NCBI GenBank assembly: GCA_963781885.1
Contig: CAWAHW010000004.1
Location: 704,001-768,000, forward strand
DNA from: an uncultured Spirochaetota bacterium
GTDB taxonomy: Bacteria > Spirochaetota > Spirochaetia > SZUA-6 > Fen-1364
Length of the DNA stretch: 64,000 nt
Direction: 5' to 3'
Each line of letters begins with the position of its first letter. Position 1 is the stretch's first letter. The notes under the pieces are model-generated. The model was not told the DNA's origin. It did no database searches and worked only from the letters and a program-made list of their open reading frames with translations. Positions 22,730 through 36,100 of this stretch are shown here, piece after piece. A program made the translations under genes and the position numbers.

Positions 22730-23318
22730 ATCTATTCGGTCTTTTTTGACCGGGCTTCAAGATAGCAAAGCGCTAGAGCTATCAGATGAAGTTCGGAACC
22801 GCAAACTGCTCATTCAAAAAGTGCTTCCCTCGAATTAGGCGCCCCGCCGCATCACAATCTGCCCGTTATCGCCAACGGCCGGCACCTTCGGTATCTGGAC
22901 CGAACCTCTCTTCAGTGTTAACCGAAGTAGGCGTGCCTTCGCCGCCGGACTTGACTGGCATGCGCGGATGAGCCGTGTCACCTAAATCGTAAGCAAGCCC
23001 AAGGGGTGGAACGGTCTAAACAAAGCGAGGATGGAACCCCCGCAATGAGTCTGCAAGAGCCGGCTCGCCCCCTGTCACCATGAAGCGAATCAGAGGAGTT
23101 CGACCTTGCAGGACATCGCAGAACCTTTGATTCTCGGTGAGCCGGGTTTTTGCTTCAATAGACATATGCGACGGGCCGGTCGTCATCAACATACACGACC
23201 GAGGCGACAAGAATCGTTGAGGGCCATGTTCGCACCCGTCACTCCGATCAAGCAAAGACTAGCTGCGAAATTGACGTCAATATGCTATAAAGAAGTCACC
23301 ATAATTGTTGGAGGATCT

Positions 23319-26300
23319 ATGCCCGCCGTCGCGGCCTCGAACCTGCCCCGGATCGGCCTTAACGCCTATCTCCGTTCGCGTTGGGGGATAATTACCAACG
23401 TTGAGCCCTTCGATACACGAGGACCCGAGGGGATTCTCCACGTCGTTACCATAGAGTACGGAGCATCTGACGGTGGCGGAGAGGACATGGTCGTCTGGGA
23501 ACGGGAAGGCGACGCACGAGTCCTCGAGATCAGCAGGATTGGAGACCTCTCGGGCACCAAACCAATGGATCCTGAGGATCATGCGGCCATGATTTCCGCG
23601 GCGCGGTGGAACGCTCTCACGCCCTTCTTGTCCCCTTTCTCCCCGAATGAGCGTGCGAGGAATCTCGCTTCCAGTCCCCTCTTTGGCGCGGTGCAGAGCG
23701 AGGACTACCAAATGGTTCCGCTCCTTCAAGCGCTGTCCATGGAGCGCATATCGCTCCTCCTTGCGGACGATGTGGGCATAGGGAAGACGATCGAGACGGG
23801 GCTTATTGTGACTGAGCTGTTGTTGAGGAGGAAGATCCGGCGCGTCCTCATCCTGACTCCCGCGAGCCTCAAGTCGCAGTGGAAGGAGGAAATGAAGGAG
23901 CGCTTTAGCCTTGTCTTCGATGTCATGGACCGCGACGAAACTGCCCGCTTCCGTCGAAGCCAGGGACTCGATGCAAATCCATGGCGGCTTCTTCCTCGAA
24001 TTATTGCGAGTTACTACTATCTCCGTCGACCGGACGTCCTCGAGCAATTCCTATCCACCTGCCGCGACGCAATAAGACCTGGCGGAGAAAGCGGTAGGCT
24101 TCCCTGGGATCTCCTCATAGTGGATGAGGCTCACAACCTCATGCCAGTTCCCTTTGGTGAGGAGTCGGACCTCACGAAGATGCTTCGGGAGATTGGACCC
24201 TACTTCGAACATAAGCTCTTCCTTACCGCAACACCGCACAATGGCCACACTAGAAGCTTTACCGGTCTTCTCGAGCTCCTTGATCCCGTTCGCTTCGTAC
24301 AGAAAAGCGAGCTTTCTGAAACAGAGCGTTCGCTCGTCAAGAACGTAGTCGTTCGGAGGCTCAAGCGTGAGATCAACGCTCAAGATCGCGCCGCAAAGCG
24401 CCCACAACGATTTGTAGATCGGAGCGTCTCGCCGGCTCCTGTATACTTGAGCCCAGCGGAGAACAGACTCTACGCAGCCTTTGATGCTTTCCGCTCGTCC
24501 ATGAAGAGGCTCGTGAGATCCGCGGGAGTCGAAAAGAACCGGGTAGGTGCCTTCGCTGTAGAGATACTGGCGAAGCGCCTTCTTCCTGCCCATTCGCCTT
24601 TGCTGATTCTTGGTTCCGGATGGTGCGGAATCTTCATGTTGAAACGGACATTGGTGAATCTCGGTCGTTACAGACGAGGCGGTCAATAGAGCGAAGCGAG
24701 ACCTGGATACTGAAACCGAGGACGATCAAGAGAAGACCTCCCGAGAAGGCTTTGCGAGCGCGACCGTGGGCGCCTGGCTAAAGCCCTGGGCCTCGCAGCT
24801 TAAAAGCGAGATCGATGAGATTGGCGCAGCGATCGCGGCATTAATATTGATTCCGCCGACCCAATCGAGGCGCCCGAGGACAGCAGGATCGAAAGGCTCA
24901 TTGAGACGATTGAAAGCGAACTCCGTGAGGGCGACTCCTGGCGAGACGATGAGAGGATGATTGTATTCACTGAGTACAAGACTACTTTGGACTATCTGCA
25001 ATGCGAAGCTGTGGAAGCGCTACCCCGAGGATCCAAAGCGTATAGCGCTTCTCTACGGAGGAAGTGATCCGAGCATGAATGCTAAGCGGCGAGACGAAAT
25101 CAAGCGCCGCTTCAACGACCCCGCGATCCTGTCCGTATACTTTTGGCCACGGACACCGCAAGCGAAGGCCTCAACCTCCAAGCGACAGCCCATAGAGTCT
25201 TCCACTTCGATTCCCTGGAACCCTTCGCGGCCTCGAGCAGCGGAATGGCCGCCTCGATCGTCACGGCCAGGCTCGCAATGTAGTCGTCTATCACTTCACC
25301 TGCGAACAGAACCTGGACCTGACCTTCCTTGCCGGAATCGTCGTCAAGGTTCAGCAGATTCGCGAAGATCTGGATCAATGGGGGAAGTCTTTGATCAGGG
25401 CATTTCAGCGTCGCCTCCTGGACGGAGAGGAAGTCCAGACTGTAGTTAGCGATCTGGAGCCTCGACATCCAGCGCCGTAAGGCCGAAACAATGTGCCTGT
25501 GGGAAGCTAATGCTCGGTAGATGGCGATATCGCACGATACCGTTCCGCTCTGGGCTTCACCCCAGAAGCATTCAAGCGTTCATCGATCGGGCCATGTCCG
25601 GGAAGAGCGCTCCGCCATCCGCGTCTGACAGGGCCTGAAAGCTCAGGAAGTATCGCCTCAAGCTTCCTCTGCCGGTCGACTGGAAACGTCTCATAGAGGA
25701 TGAGATAGCCGATCCTAGAAAGCAGGGCAATCCCGGCTTTAATATTCGATGGGATGGCATGCGTGGAGCAGATACATGGAAGACCTCTCTTCAAAGTGCC
25801 TGCGGACGCAAGACTCCTACATCTAGGGCATCCCCTCGTCCGGGAGGCCTTGGCCGTCTGGTCTCGACGTCGATACGAGGCCTGGGTAGACCGCAGCGGC
25901 GGCGCTGGGCCATGGACAGTTCATCGTGGGAAGTTGCCTGCCGGGGACCCGAGCAATGATCGGATTACCGTAGAAGAACTTGCCGTGAATGAGCTTCGGG
26001 AAGCATTCCATCATTGGGTACGCATCTGGGAATGCCCAATAGTGGCCGGCGCCGATGGGCGATCTGCGAATGTTGGGACGCCGCATCCTCTATCACGACG
26101 CAGGATGGAATGGATGCGACGCTTCCTCGCCGGGGGTTCCACGAGAACCTTATTAAGGGCGCGGGACATATTTATGGACATCGAGGATGATATTGCCAAG
26201 GCGTTCGCCTCGATCCGCGACAGACTTGATTCCGCACTCAAACCGCTCCTTGCCGAGGCTACTAAAGAGGAAGTTGGAAAGGAAAAGCAAAGGCTTGACG

Positions 26301-26614
26301 CACGGATCGCTGAGATCGATATCGCGATGCGAGATGCAAAAGTAGAGGCGATCGCGAAAGAGCTCGAACAACTTGTGGCGGACGGAGAGACTTGGCTCTT
26401 TGAGGAGATAACGAGGGACGAGGCGGAACGCAAACGGCGGCTTGAGGAAGAACTCGAACTCAGGAAGCGTCGTTATCGCGAGCTGCGCGAGTATCTCAAA
26501 AACGAACGGGAACGCCTTATCAAAGAGGTTCTGCCTCGCCGCTTTGCCCTTTCAGGAGGCGTACAGGCATTTCCCGTGGGAATTGAGATCATCCTTTCAG
26601 AGGTCTCGCAATGA
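23319..26614 (+). CDS. drmD: SNF2-like helicase, DISARM DrmD type (frameshifted)
   Basis: LLADDVGIGKT, VDEAHN, LTATPHNG, VRRLK, ASEGLNLQ and IPWNP motifs; coiled-coil C-terminus. Confidence 0.85.
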
Positions 26615-29600
26615 CTGACCACAACCATACCGACCAGATTTGGTGGAACTCGCTAAATCACGGGGGGCTTGTTCTATCCCCCGCGCAAGTAAGGAATCTA
26701 GACGAGGAAGTCGATAGTCTTCCGCCACTTTCCGACTACGCATATACGAAGCTCAAGAACGCCAGTCTCGCCCAAAGGGACGACTGGACAAGTCCGCCTG
26801 CCATTGTGCTTGAGGCGCTCTGGAACGTTATCCTTAGAAAGGGATCCGATGGTTGGATTAACGCGCCAGATGCAGGTTGGTCAATCGAATCAGTAACCGG
26901 GCGTATCGTAAAGCCGTGGCGTGTGTACGGCAAGGACGGACTGATCCTGCCAGTATTCCTAACGGACAAGACCGAACGTGGATCGGGGAAGCCTCTTTCA
27001 CGAAATCGACGTTTTATCGCCAGGGTCCTCGAGTGGCAAAGAAAAAAGGGCCTGCGCTTCGCCATCGCGACAAATGGGGCCCAGTGGCGTTTTATCCACG
27101 CCGGACCCGACTATGAGTCGTTCACCGAATGGGATGAAAGCCTTTGGTTCGAGAAAGGGCAGGCCGGAGCCCAGATCGACGCCTTCCGTGTCCTCTTCGC
27201 CGATCTCCCGCGGCTTTACGAGCTGGCAGCGAATGCCAAGGCAGGCCAGGGCGAACTCTCCCGGGACCTGGGAGAACGGATCAGACGGGGTGTGGAACTC
27301 CTTGTCGGGTCATCCGGAGAACGCTTCGAGGATTTCGCGAAGGATGATGACGGACGTCGGGCCGTCTACCTCGCGTCAGTCAGAATCGTTATGCGGCTCA
27401 TCGTCATCCTTTTCTCGGAAGCTCGAGGGCTCCTCCCTCGGGACAACCCGGTTTATGCAAGGAGCTATAGCCTAGAAGGTCTTCGTGACCAGTTACATAG
27501 GAGGCTGGGTCGGAAGGATGGAAGCCTTCGGAGTGGGCGGAGCGCCTGGCCGCGAGTACTGTCGCTCTTCCGCTTGGTCTATTCGGGAAGCCGACACGCG
27601 GCACTTCCGATGACAGCTTACGGCGGGGGACTTTTTGAGCCGGGAAGGGCTGAGGCCGAAGATGCCACCTCTCGGGCTTTGGCGGCTTTTGAGGATGTTG
27701 CGCGACCTCTCGCAGACGCGGACATGGCGCAACTCCTTGACCTCCTTTGTTTTGCCACCTATCGCACGCGTCAGGGCCGCGGCTCCATCTCGGTCAAGGC
27801 GCCCGTAGACTTCTCCGACTTGTCAAGCGAGTACATTGGCATACTGTACGAGGGCCTCCTCGATTTTGAGCTCAGACGAGCTGAAGCAGCCGATGCTGTG
27901 GTATTCCTAAATGCCGGCGATCAGCCAGCCCTCCCACTTTCCCGTCTTGAGGGAATGTCGGATAAGGAGATAGAAGCGCTCTTCAAGGAGCTGGTGAAGG
28001 CTGCAAAAAAAGAAAAGGTTGGAGAAGACATCGAGGAAGAAGATCCTTCCGCGGACGCGGACACTTCGGAGGATGAAGAGGGCGCCGAGGTCGAAGCCGC
28101 GGGAGGGAATGACGAAGAAGTCCCGGAACCGGTTGAGGATGAGGACGATGAAGCTCCAATTGATGAGCGGTCCGCCGAAGACCTCGCGGCCGATCGGATT
28201 AGGGGCTGGAAGCTTCGTGCTGCTTTTGCGCTGGAGCCTAAAGAAGCGCAAGACTGAATCCGACGCAAGCTTTCAGGAGCGGATAGAGCGAGCGACGCGA
28301 TCCGTGAGTATCCGTGATGTCCTACCTGGCGAGTGGTATCTCGTGCGCTGGGGCGGGACGCGGAAAGGCTCCGGTACTTTCTACACGCCTCCGGGCCTCG
28401 TAGCGCCGACAGTGCGACGGACACTCGAGCCCATTCTCTATGAAGTGAGTGGCAAGGCGAAACGGCCGAAGATACCCGAAGCCATCCTTTCCCTCAAGGT
28501 CGCGGACATCGCAATGGGTTCAGGCTCTTTTCTCGTCGGGGCTCTTCGGGAGATAGCGGATGCTCTTCTTGAAAGCCTCTATCATTCACCGGCGACTATC
28601 CTCGCGCGAGGACGGTACAATCTGCCGCCTTGCGGACGGCGGCGATGCGGGAATCATGGATGACATTATCCCTCTCCCCCAGAGCCATGACGCCTTTGAA
28701 GATCGCCTTCGCGGCAGGCTCAAGCGCCATATTGCTGAACGCTGCATCTATGGTGTTGATATCGATCCCCTTGCGGTGGAACTCGCCCGCCTTGCTCTCT
28801 GGGTAGAGACAATGGACTACGAGCTTCCCTTCACCTTTCTGGACCACAAGCTCAAGGTCGGGAACAGTCTCGTCGGCTGTCGCTTCTCGTGGCTTGGGCA
28901 TTATCCGCTCAATGCGTGGAGCAGAGAAGGCCCTGATAAAGAACACCCTTGGACAAAGGCGTACAAAGAGCTTTTGAACGGGAGCGTGAAGCCGTCGATC
29001 TGTACCTGGCTCGAGGCAGAGCAGGGACAGATTCTCATGTTTCAGGAGTACACGGCCCTGCGGAGCAAGGTCCACACGGAGGGCATGGCTGCCTTTGCCG
29101 AGCTTCATGCCCTGCCCGTATGGCAGGCGGATGAGCGACGGAAGAGTATACCACGAAAAGATAGTGGCAAACGTTGCAGTCCGCTCGCTCAAAGACCAAC
29201 TCGATCTATGGTGCGCCCTGTGGTTTTGGCCACCTGAGAAGTTGGGCGCAGCCCCATTTGCGGGCGACCTGGCGCGTCCTTCGGCTAGAGGCTCTGGAGA
29301 TTGTGCGTGAGCTTGCCCGCGAAGGAGCGCTTTTTTCCACTGGGAGCTTGAGTTCCCTGATGTGTTCACGGGGAACGCAGACGGGTAAGGCATACCTGGA
29401 TTCGACGCGATCCTGGGGAATCCGCCTTGGGACGTTTGGAAGCCGAATTCGAAAGAGTTCTTCTCCAACATCGATCCTCTGTACCGGAGCTACGGAAAGA
29501 CCGCTGCGGAGGCGAAGCAGAAAGAATATTTCGCATCCTCCGCCGCGAGAAAGGCGGAGTGGGACGGCTATCGTGACCGCTTCAAAGCCATCTCGAACTG

Positions 29601-31481
29601 GACTTCTCTTGTCCGCAATCCCTTCGGCGATCCGAATGTATCTGACAAAGGAAAGCTATCGCTAACAAAGTCGACGGTGAACAGCGAGCTCAAACATGAA
29701 ATATGGCGTTCCGCTCGAAGGCGGGCTGTTGGCTACGTTGATCCAGCGCCACTCTTCTCTCGGCAGGGAGGCGGCGATGTGAACAGCTACAAGCTGTTCG
29801 TTGAGCACGCCTTCCTTCACCTGCGATCTGGCGGACGAATGGGTTACATCACCCCCAGGCGGGCATATACGCAGACTCAGGGTCGGACGAGCTGCGGGAG
29901 ATGCTTCTCAAGCGCGGATATTGGGACTGGCTCTTCGGTTTCGAGAATCGCGACAAGATCTTCCGACATTCATCGTCGCTTCAAGTTCTGTGCTTTCATA
30001 ACGGGCAAAGGGGAGACAACCGAATCCGTTCGCGTCTCTTTCATGAACCGCGCCCTCGAAGCTTGGGACACTGGGGCATCAGATCCATGACCGTGGCCCA
30101 GGTAAAAGCATTTTCTCCAAAGTCGGGATCCTTCTTGGAATCCGTGGGAAGCGCGACCTCGCGATTTTGGAGAAGATATACGGCAATCCTAACGTAGTTC
30201 TTCTGGGCGAGGAGGCGGACCAAGGATGGGGACTAAAGTATGGCACAGAATACCACATGACGAATGACGCCAAGCTTTTCCGCCTATCGCCAAGTGGGAG
30301 GAGAAAAGCTATCGCAGCGATGAGTATGGACACTGGCTCAAGGGCGATTGGCAAGCTTATACGGGTCCTGACGACAATTTGGGAAGACCCTCTGACCCTT
30401 CTCAACGCGAAGCAGGGACTGTCCTCTCACAGGATAGAAGACACATCCTCAACCTGAATAGCCTCGAAGACGTGGCGTTGCCCCTCTACCAAGGCGTCAT
30501 GATCAACCATTTCGACTTCGCGGTGAAGTCCTACGTATCCGGCGCTGGCAACCGCGCCCAGTGGGCCGAGCAGGCACGGGTCAACGACTCATCCGCCCTC
30601 AGTTCCTTATTGGAATGAGGATGAATGAATACAACTTCGGTCAAGTCAAGGTTGTTTTTAGGGCGATATCGAATGCCACAAATGAAAGAACCATGATTGC
30701 TTGCTCAATCACCGGACTTGCCATTTGGGCATTCGCTATCACGATATACAGTGCAATACGGGAATCCGTTCGCGTTCTCAGGCATGCTTTCTTCTCTTGT
30801 ATTCGACTCACTACTAAGAATCCATTTACTGGCACGAATGTAGAGCCGGTTCTTACTTGATGAAATTCCCGTAATCAAGATGGATATGGCAAAAAGCATT
30901 GGCGAGCTTTCGCAAAAGCTAAGTGCAACCCATATAGCCTTTGCATCTTGGAGCGAGACTCCTCCCTCTGCCTGGCTCACAGATCCGAATCCCGGGCGCA
31001 GGCTCGCGCTGAGCTCGACGCTCGGGTAGCACTCCTTTACGGCCTTGATGAAGATGACCTCTCCTACATTCTCTCAGACTGCGAGCACCCGGCGGACAGC
31101 CTAAGTCAGAAGGCTTTTGCTCGTGGACTCGACCCACGTGGCTTCTGGCGTGTGGACAAAGAGCTGCGGCCAGAAGAGCGTCATACAGTACGGACGCTCA
31201 GAACCTTCGAGGCGATCAAAGAAGATACACATATGGAGACTTCGGTGAAGCGGCACAACAGCATGGCCGCGGACGCTTCCAAAGAGCGTGAACTTGTCCT
31301 TGCGCATCGGAAGCTCATCGCCAGGATCAGGGGATTCGGGCTGAGAGATTTGGTACCGACGGTTCCGAAGGCAACGAAGGTAACGCCGGATCTACCTGCA
31401 AGAAGAGGCAGGGGCTGTTGTTTTGATACCCATAACTTGAGACAGGAGGATTTATGGCATCGCGCTACATTTCTTCGCTAA
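26611..31481 (+). CDS. Large N6-adenine DNA methyltransferase, Eco57I/DrmMI-like (frameshifted)
   Basis: IGILYEGLL, RKGSGTFYTP, DIAMGSGSFL, IYGVDI and GFDAILGNPPW motifs. Confidence 0.85.
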
Positions 31482-33058
31482 ATGATGACGAATACAAGAA
31501 ATTGACGCAAAAGCTGCATGAGATTCAGGCAGGATCCTGCTTTATCTGTCAGAAAGCCATTGATTTGGCTATACATGAAACGAACATTGATCATATTGTT
31601 CCCCTCGCCGCAAAAGGAAAGGATGCAGAAGAGAATTTCGCCCTTGCCCACGATGCCTGCAATAAGTCAAAGCAGGATGCAAATCTCCGCATTGCTCGTG
31701 TGTTGCACCGGCTAAAAGATATTCAGGAGACCGTACAGGCAGAAGAGGGGCGTTCGGCATCTTTGAAAGACGTGCTCGCCGCCTTTGGCGGCGCTAAATA
31801 TGCGTTCAAATACCGGATCGAAGAGGACAGACTTATCTATAGTTTCGGCGATATCGGGGATACCGACATTCGGTCAACTGCTGTTATCGACAAAATTTCC
31901 AACGAAAAGACATGCTTTCTAAACGTGCCACTCGCCTACATTCATCATGATTCTATTATCAATCCGCGCGGCATCAACAGCTCGATATCTTTGCTTGTGA
32001 AAGAGTTTTACAAGGGCAATCCACAGCTTCACCTCACCCTTGCCCGTATGAATGACGGGCAGATTCAGGTCTTCGATGGACAGCACAAAGCAGTAGCCCA
32101 AATTATTCTTGGAAATATGGAACTTCTGCTGCGAGTATTTATTTCACCGGTACTCAATAGACTTACCGAAACCAATACAAACGCGGGAAGCACGCTGAGA
32201 CAGATTGCATTCGATAAGTCGATCATGCGTCAATTGAATAACACGCTCTATTATGAGCGAATCCGTAAGTACCAAACGGATCATGGCCATTCCGAAGATA
32301 CTTTTGATTTTTCAGAATCCCAATTGGTGGAGTATTTTAAAGGCGAAAACGTCAATATCAAGAAATACATCATTGACAGCCTTAAGCATTCCATTACCTA
32401 TTCGAAAGAAAACCACCTTAAAGATTTCATTGATTTTGAGGGCAAAGCTAAGGAGTTGCCTATCTCCTATAGCGCTTTTGAAAAGACCTTTCTTACTACA
32501 TTCATTGATCCGAAACTTATCTTAAGTACAAATATCTCCTATAAAACTGATGAGGGCGCCAATCCTCGCGAGCTTGAAATCACCCAACTCGTGAAATTGA
32601 TGAATATCGTTGCGAACGTGATCTACATCAACAAATTCGATCCAGCCGTCGGTGTCGCACGCATCGAGCAGCGCATCATCGACAAGAAGGATGCTGAAAT
32701 AACTGACGATCATCTCGTCGCGTACCGAGTGAGCAAGGAAGAGATACTGTACAACTGGCTGCAATACCTCAAGAAGGTGATCGAAAGCTATTTTGCCAAT
32801 ATTGGAAAGCTGTTCGATTCAAATCGCCTGTTCCAGCAGCCCTTTCCTGAGCAGCTCTGGAAGAATATCGAAAACTTCATCAAGTCCTTAATTCTGCTTC
32901 CGCTGTGGAAAGATAGGGGCAAGGCAAGCACCTTGTTTTCTGGCAAGAACACGTACGATTTCTGGAGAACAGTATTCGATGTAGCCCGCACGCCGGATGG
33001 TGTTCTGGTGTTGGCGAAGCCCCTCAACTACATTGAGATGATCAAGAACGATGAATGA
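31454..33058 (+). CDS. HNH nuclease fused to a DGQH (ParB/DndB-like) domain
   Basis: CFIC..IDHIVP..N..AH..CNKSK HNH; INPR and FDGQHK motifs; intact, more AT-rich than neighbours. Confidence 0.8.
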   Translation: MASRYISSLNDDEYKKLTQKLHEIQAGSCFICQKAIDLAIHETNIDHIVPLAAKGKDAEENFALAHDACNKSKQDANLRIARVLHRLKDIQETVQAEEGRSASLKDVLAAFGGAKYAFKYRIEEDRLIYSFGDIGDTDIRSTAVIDKISNEKTCFLNVPLAYIHHDSIINPRGINSSISLLVKEFYKGNPQLHLTLARMNDGQIQVFDGQHKAVAQIILGNMELLLRVFISPVLNRLTETNTNAGSTLRQIAFDKSIMRQLNNTLYYERIRKYQTDHGHSEDTFDFSESQLVEYFKGENVNIKKYIIDSLKHSITYSKENHLKDFIDFEGKAKELPISYSAFEKTFLTTFIDPKLILSTNISYKTDEGANPRELEITQLVKLMNIVANVIYINKFDPAVGVARIEQRIIDKKDAEITDDHLVAYRVSKEEILYNWLQYLKKVIESYFANIGKLFDSNRLFQQPFPEQLWKNIENFIKSLILLPLWKDRGKASTLFSGKNTYDFWRTVFDVARTPDGVLVLAKPLNYIEMIKNDE

Positions 33059-33122
33059 TGTGGAAAAATCGTCATGGAGGAGCGGGCTTGAGCGGCCCAT
33101 CACGTCCAAAGAGGAGTCGTAA

Positions 33123-36100
33123 TTGATTAATCCCATCTCATTCACAGAAGAAGTCATCTCCGATTTTCTCAAGTATCAGCTTTCTACCTACCGCTTCTCC
33201 GACCCCGACCTTTATGCCCAGATGAGGAAGCTTCTCAACCTTAGCGAGACTCGCGCGTCGCCACTCCTGAAAGGGCCCTATATAAGCCTGTCGCGAGTGT
33301 TCCGACAGGGAGCCACGCTTGACCAGCTCGCAGCGGGAGGAATTCTGCATCCTGGTATTTCAACTATATCCTCCTACCCGCGTACGTATGCTCACCAAGA
33401 GAGGGCGATCCGCGCGATTACTTCTGGTAAACACACAATCGTAGCCACGGGTACTGGCTCGGGAAAGACGGAGTGCTTTCTCTATCCCATCATCAGTCGA
33501 TGCATGAGGCTCCGGGATGAAGGCGTCCCCCCGGGAATCGTCTCGGTCATTGTGTACCCAATGAACGCGCTTGCGGAAGATCAAAGAGTTCGCCTTCGCG
33601 AGCTTCTCGTTGGCACGGGCGTCAGCTTCGGCATGTATACGGGCCATACGCCGGAGGATCCTGTCGCCACCTCCAAGCGCCTTCCTCCCGGTAGCTCGAG
33701 GGCCGTCTATATAGCTGAGCTTGAAAGAATGCGGCGAGAGAATCCGGAGGGGCTGCTTTATCCTGCCGAGGAGCGGACATCGAGGAGCGAGATGCGCGAT
33801 CCCGTCACGGTTCCGCGCATCCTTCTCACGAACGTCAAACAACTCGAGATCCTGCTTACCCGCGGCAAAGATACGTCCATGTTTACTGATGCCAGACTCG
33901 AGTATCTTGTCTTTGACGAAGCCCATACCTTTACGGGCGCTCTGGGTGCCGAGACCGCGGCCCTTATTCGCCGTCTCAAGACTTTCTGCGGCAAAGGACC
34001 TGAGGATACAGTTTGCATTGCGACTTCCGCAACAATCGCCGACCCTGAGAAAGGCGCGGAGGCGGGGCGCGATTTTGCCGCACGCTTCTTTGGGGTGGGC
34101 CGAAATCTGGTCGAGCTTGTGGGAGAAGAGATATGAATCGGAACACGCGGTATGGTCGGAGACCCTGAGCGAGACGCCATCACCCTCTGATTCCCAAGAA
34201 ATACTCAAAACTATTCTTAAATCCCTCACTGTGCTTGAAGGGCAGGAAAACGAGACGACCGCCTTGATGGCGTTGGGTAGCGCTTGCGCTGCCTTGTTCG
34301 GTCGTTCTGTTGCGTACAAGGAGAACTGGCGTGAAGAACTCTATAGGGATATGGTCCGATTCAGGGTCCCCTATCAGCTCGCGGAGAAAGTAAAGTATCC
34401 CCTAGATATTCGAACCTTGCGGGATTCCTTCAAGCCCATTCGGAAAAGACCTTATTTCTGAAGAGGAGATCCTTTCCTGGTTCGCACTCGGAGCCGCCGC
34501 ACGAAACCAGGGACGCCCTCTGTTCCGACCAGTTGTTCACAACTTTGTGCGCGGCATTGCAGGCGCTCAGGTAACCCTCGATCCAGCGACAAGCAAACCA
34601 ACGTTGTTTTTGTCTGGCGAGGATCGGACAAACGCCGGCGATACCCGTTTCCCTTTCCCCGTAGTTGTCTGCACAACCTGCGGGCAGCACTACTTCAAGC
34701 ACTGGATTGCTGGTCTTGAGCCGCTCCCGGCTGGATTCGGCGGGGGCAACCAGACTGCTCATGGCCAGCATTGGGAGCATGTTCCAAAAGAAGAGGGCAC
34801 GGTGCTGTACCTGTTCGACCGGATTCGGGGGGAAAGTGAGGCCGAATCCGATGAGGAAGAAGAAGAAAGCAGAAGCCATGGCACCACAATCAGGTCGGTT
34901 CCGCTGTACGTATGTTCGGAGTGTGGTCTCCTCTCTGATCATGAACCAGATACTTGTCCGAGCTGTGCCCGTTCGGGATGTTTCGCCCGAGTAAACGCGG
35001 TTCTTCAAAAGGATAACAGTCGGGGAAGCTTCCATCGCTGCGTCTGCTGCGGGAAACGGGGCAACTCCCTCTCAGGACGGTACAGAGAGCCGGTGAGGGA
35101 AATCAAGGCGATCACCGCGCCGGATATACACATCCTCGCCCAGAGCATGATCCAGAATCTCGAACGGCGACGGCTGCTCGTATTTGCTGATAATAGGCAG
35201 GACGCCGCCTTCCAGGCGGGGTGGATGAAAGATCATTCACGTCGCTATCGTTTCCTCAACCTCACCCAAGCTGAGCTGAAAAAGGGGCATGCGGCCCTTG
35301 GCGATATCGTCCATGATTTGGATAATCTTTTTGATCGGGACAAGAAACTCTCATTCTCGCTACTTCGCGAGGTATGGGAATATGCTCCTTTCAATGACTC
35401 ACCCAACAATCACCGGAAGGAGAGAAGCACCTATATTCGATTGCAGCTCCTTCGTGAGTTGACTCGTCCCGCGCGCGATGCTCAGGGCCTGGAGGCTTGG
35501 GGGCGACTTTGTGTGCGGTATAAGGGCCTCGATACGGATCAGCTTTGGACGCGTGACTGGGCGTTCGCTCTTCACATTCCACCTGAAGAGCTTATAAACG
35601 ACTGTTCGCTTTTTCTTGATAAGCTCAGGAGAAGCGACCGCTGCGTTTTTGACAAGCCGACGATGCTCTACACGCGCTTTATCGAGCGAGCCGACCCCTT
35701 CGTTCAGAGGGGCTATATCCCCAACATGGACTTGATGCCAAAAGTTGTGAAACTGAGGCATGAGGCAAATGACAAGAAGAACTACACCATTCAGTTGATT
35801 CCCCAGCGCGGTCAGAGCTCGTTCTCACAGATGGCGAAGAAGTGGGGCGTGCCATCCGCGCATTTCAGTGACTTCACTGAGAGCTTCTTTGGTCTACTCA
35901 TTTCGAAGGGTATCCTTGTTCAAACCGATGTCGAAGGCAGAAGGGGCACACCGATCCCGGGGGCCTCAGGCTACCAGATTAATGGGGAATCGCTCGATTC
36001 TCGAGCATGGGGAAAAGGCGTACCGCTGCTCAACCTGCCATCAGATTCATACGCGTGCGTCGACAGGAATGAGATGCGTCGCATGGAACTGCGAAGGATT

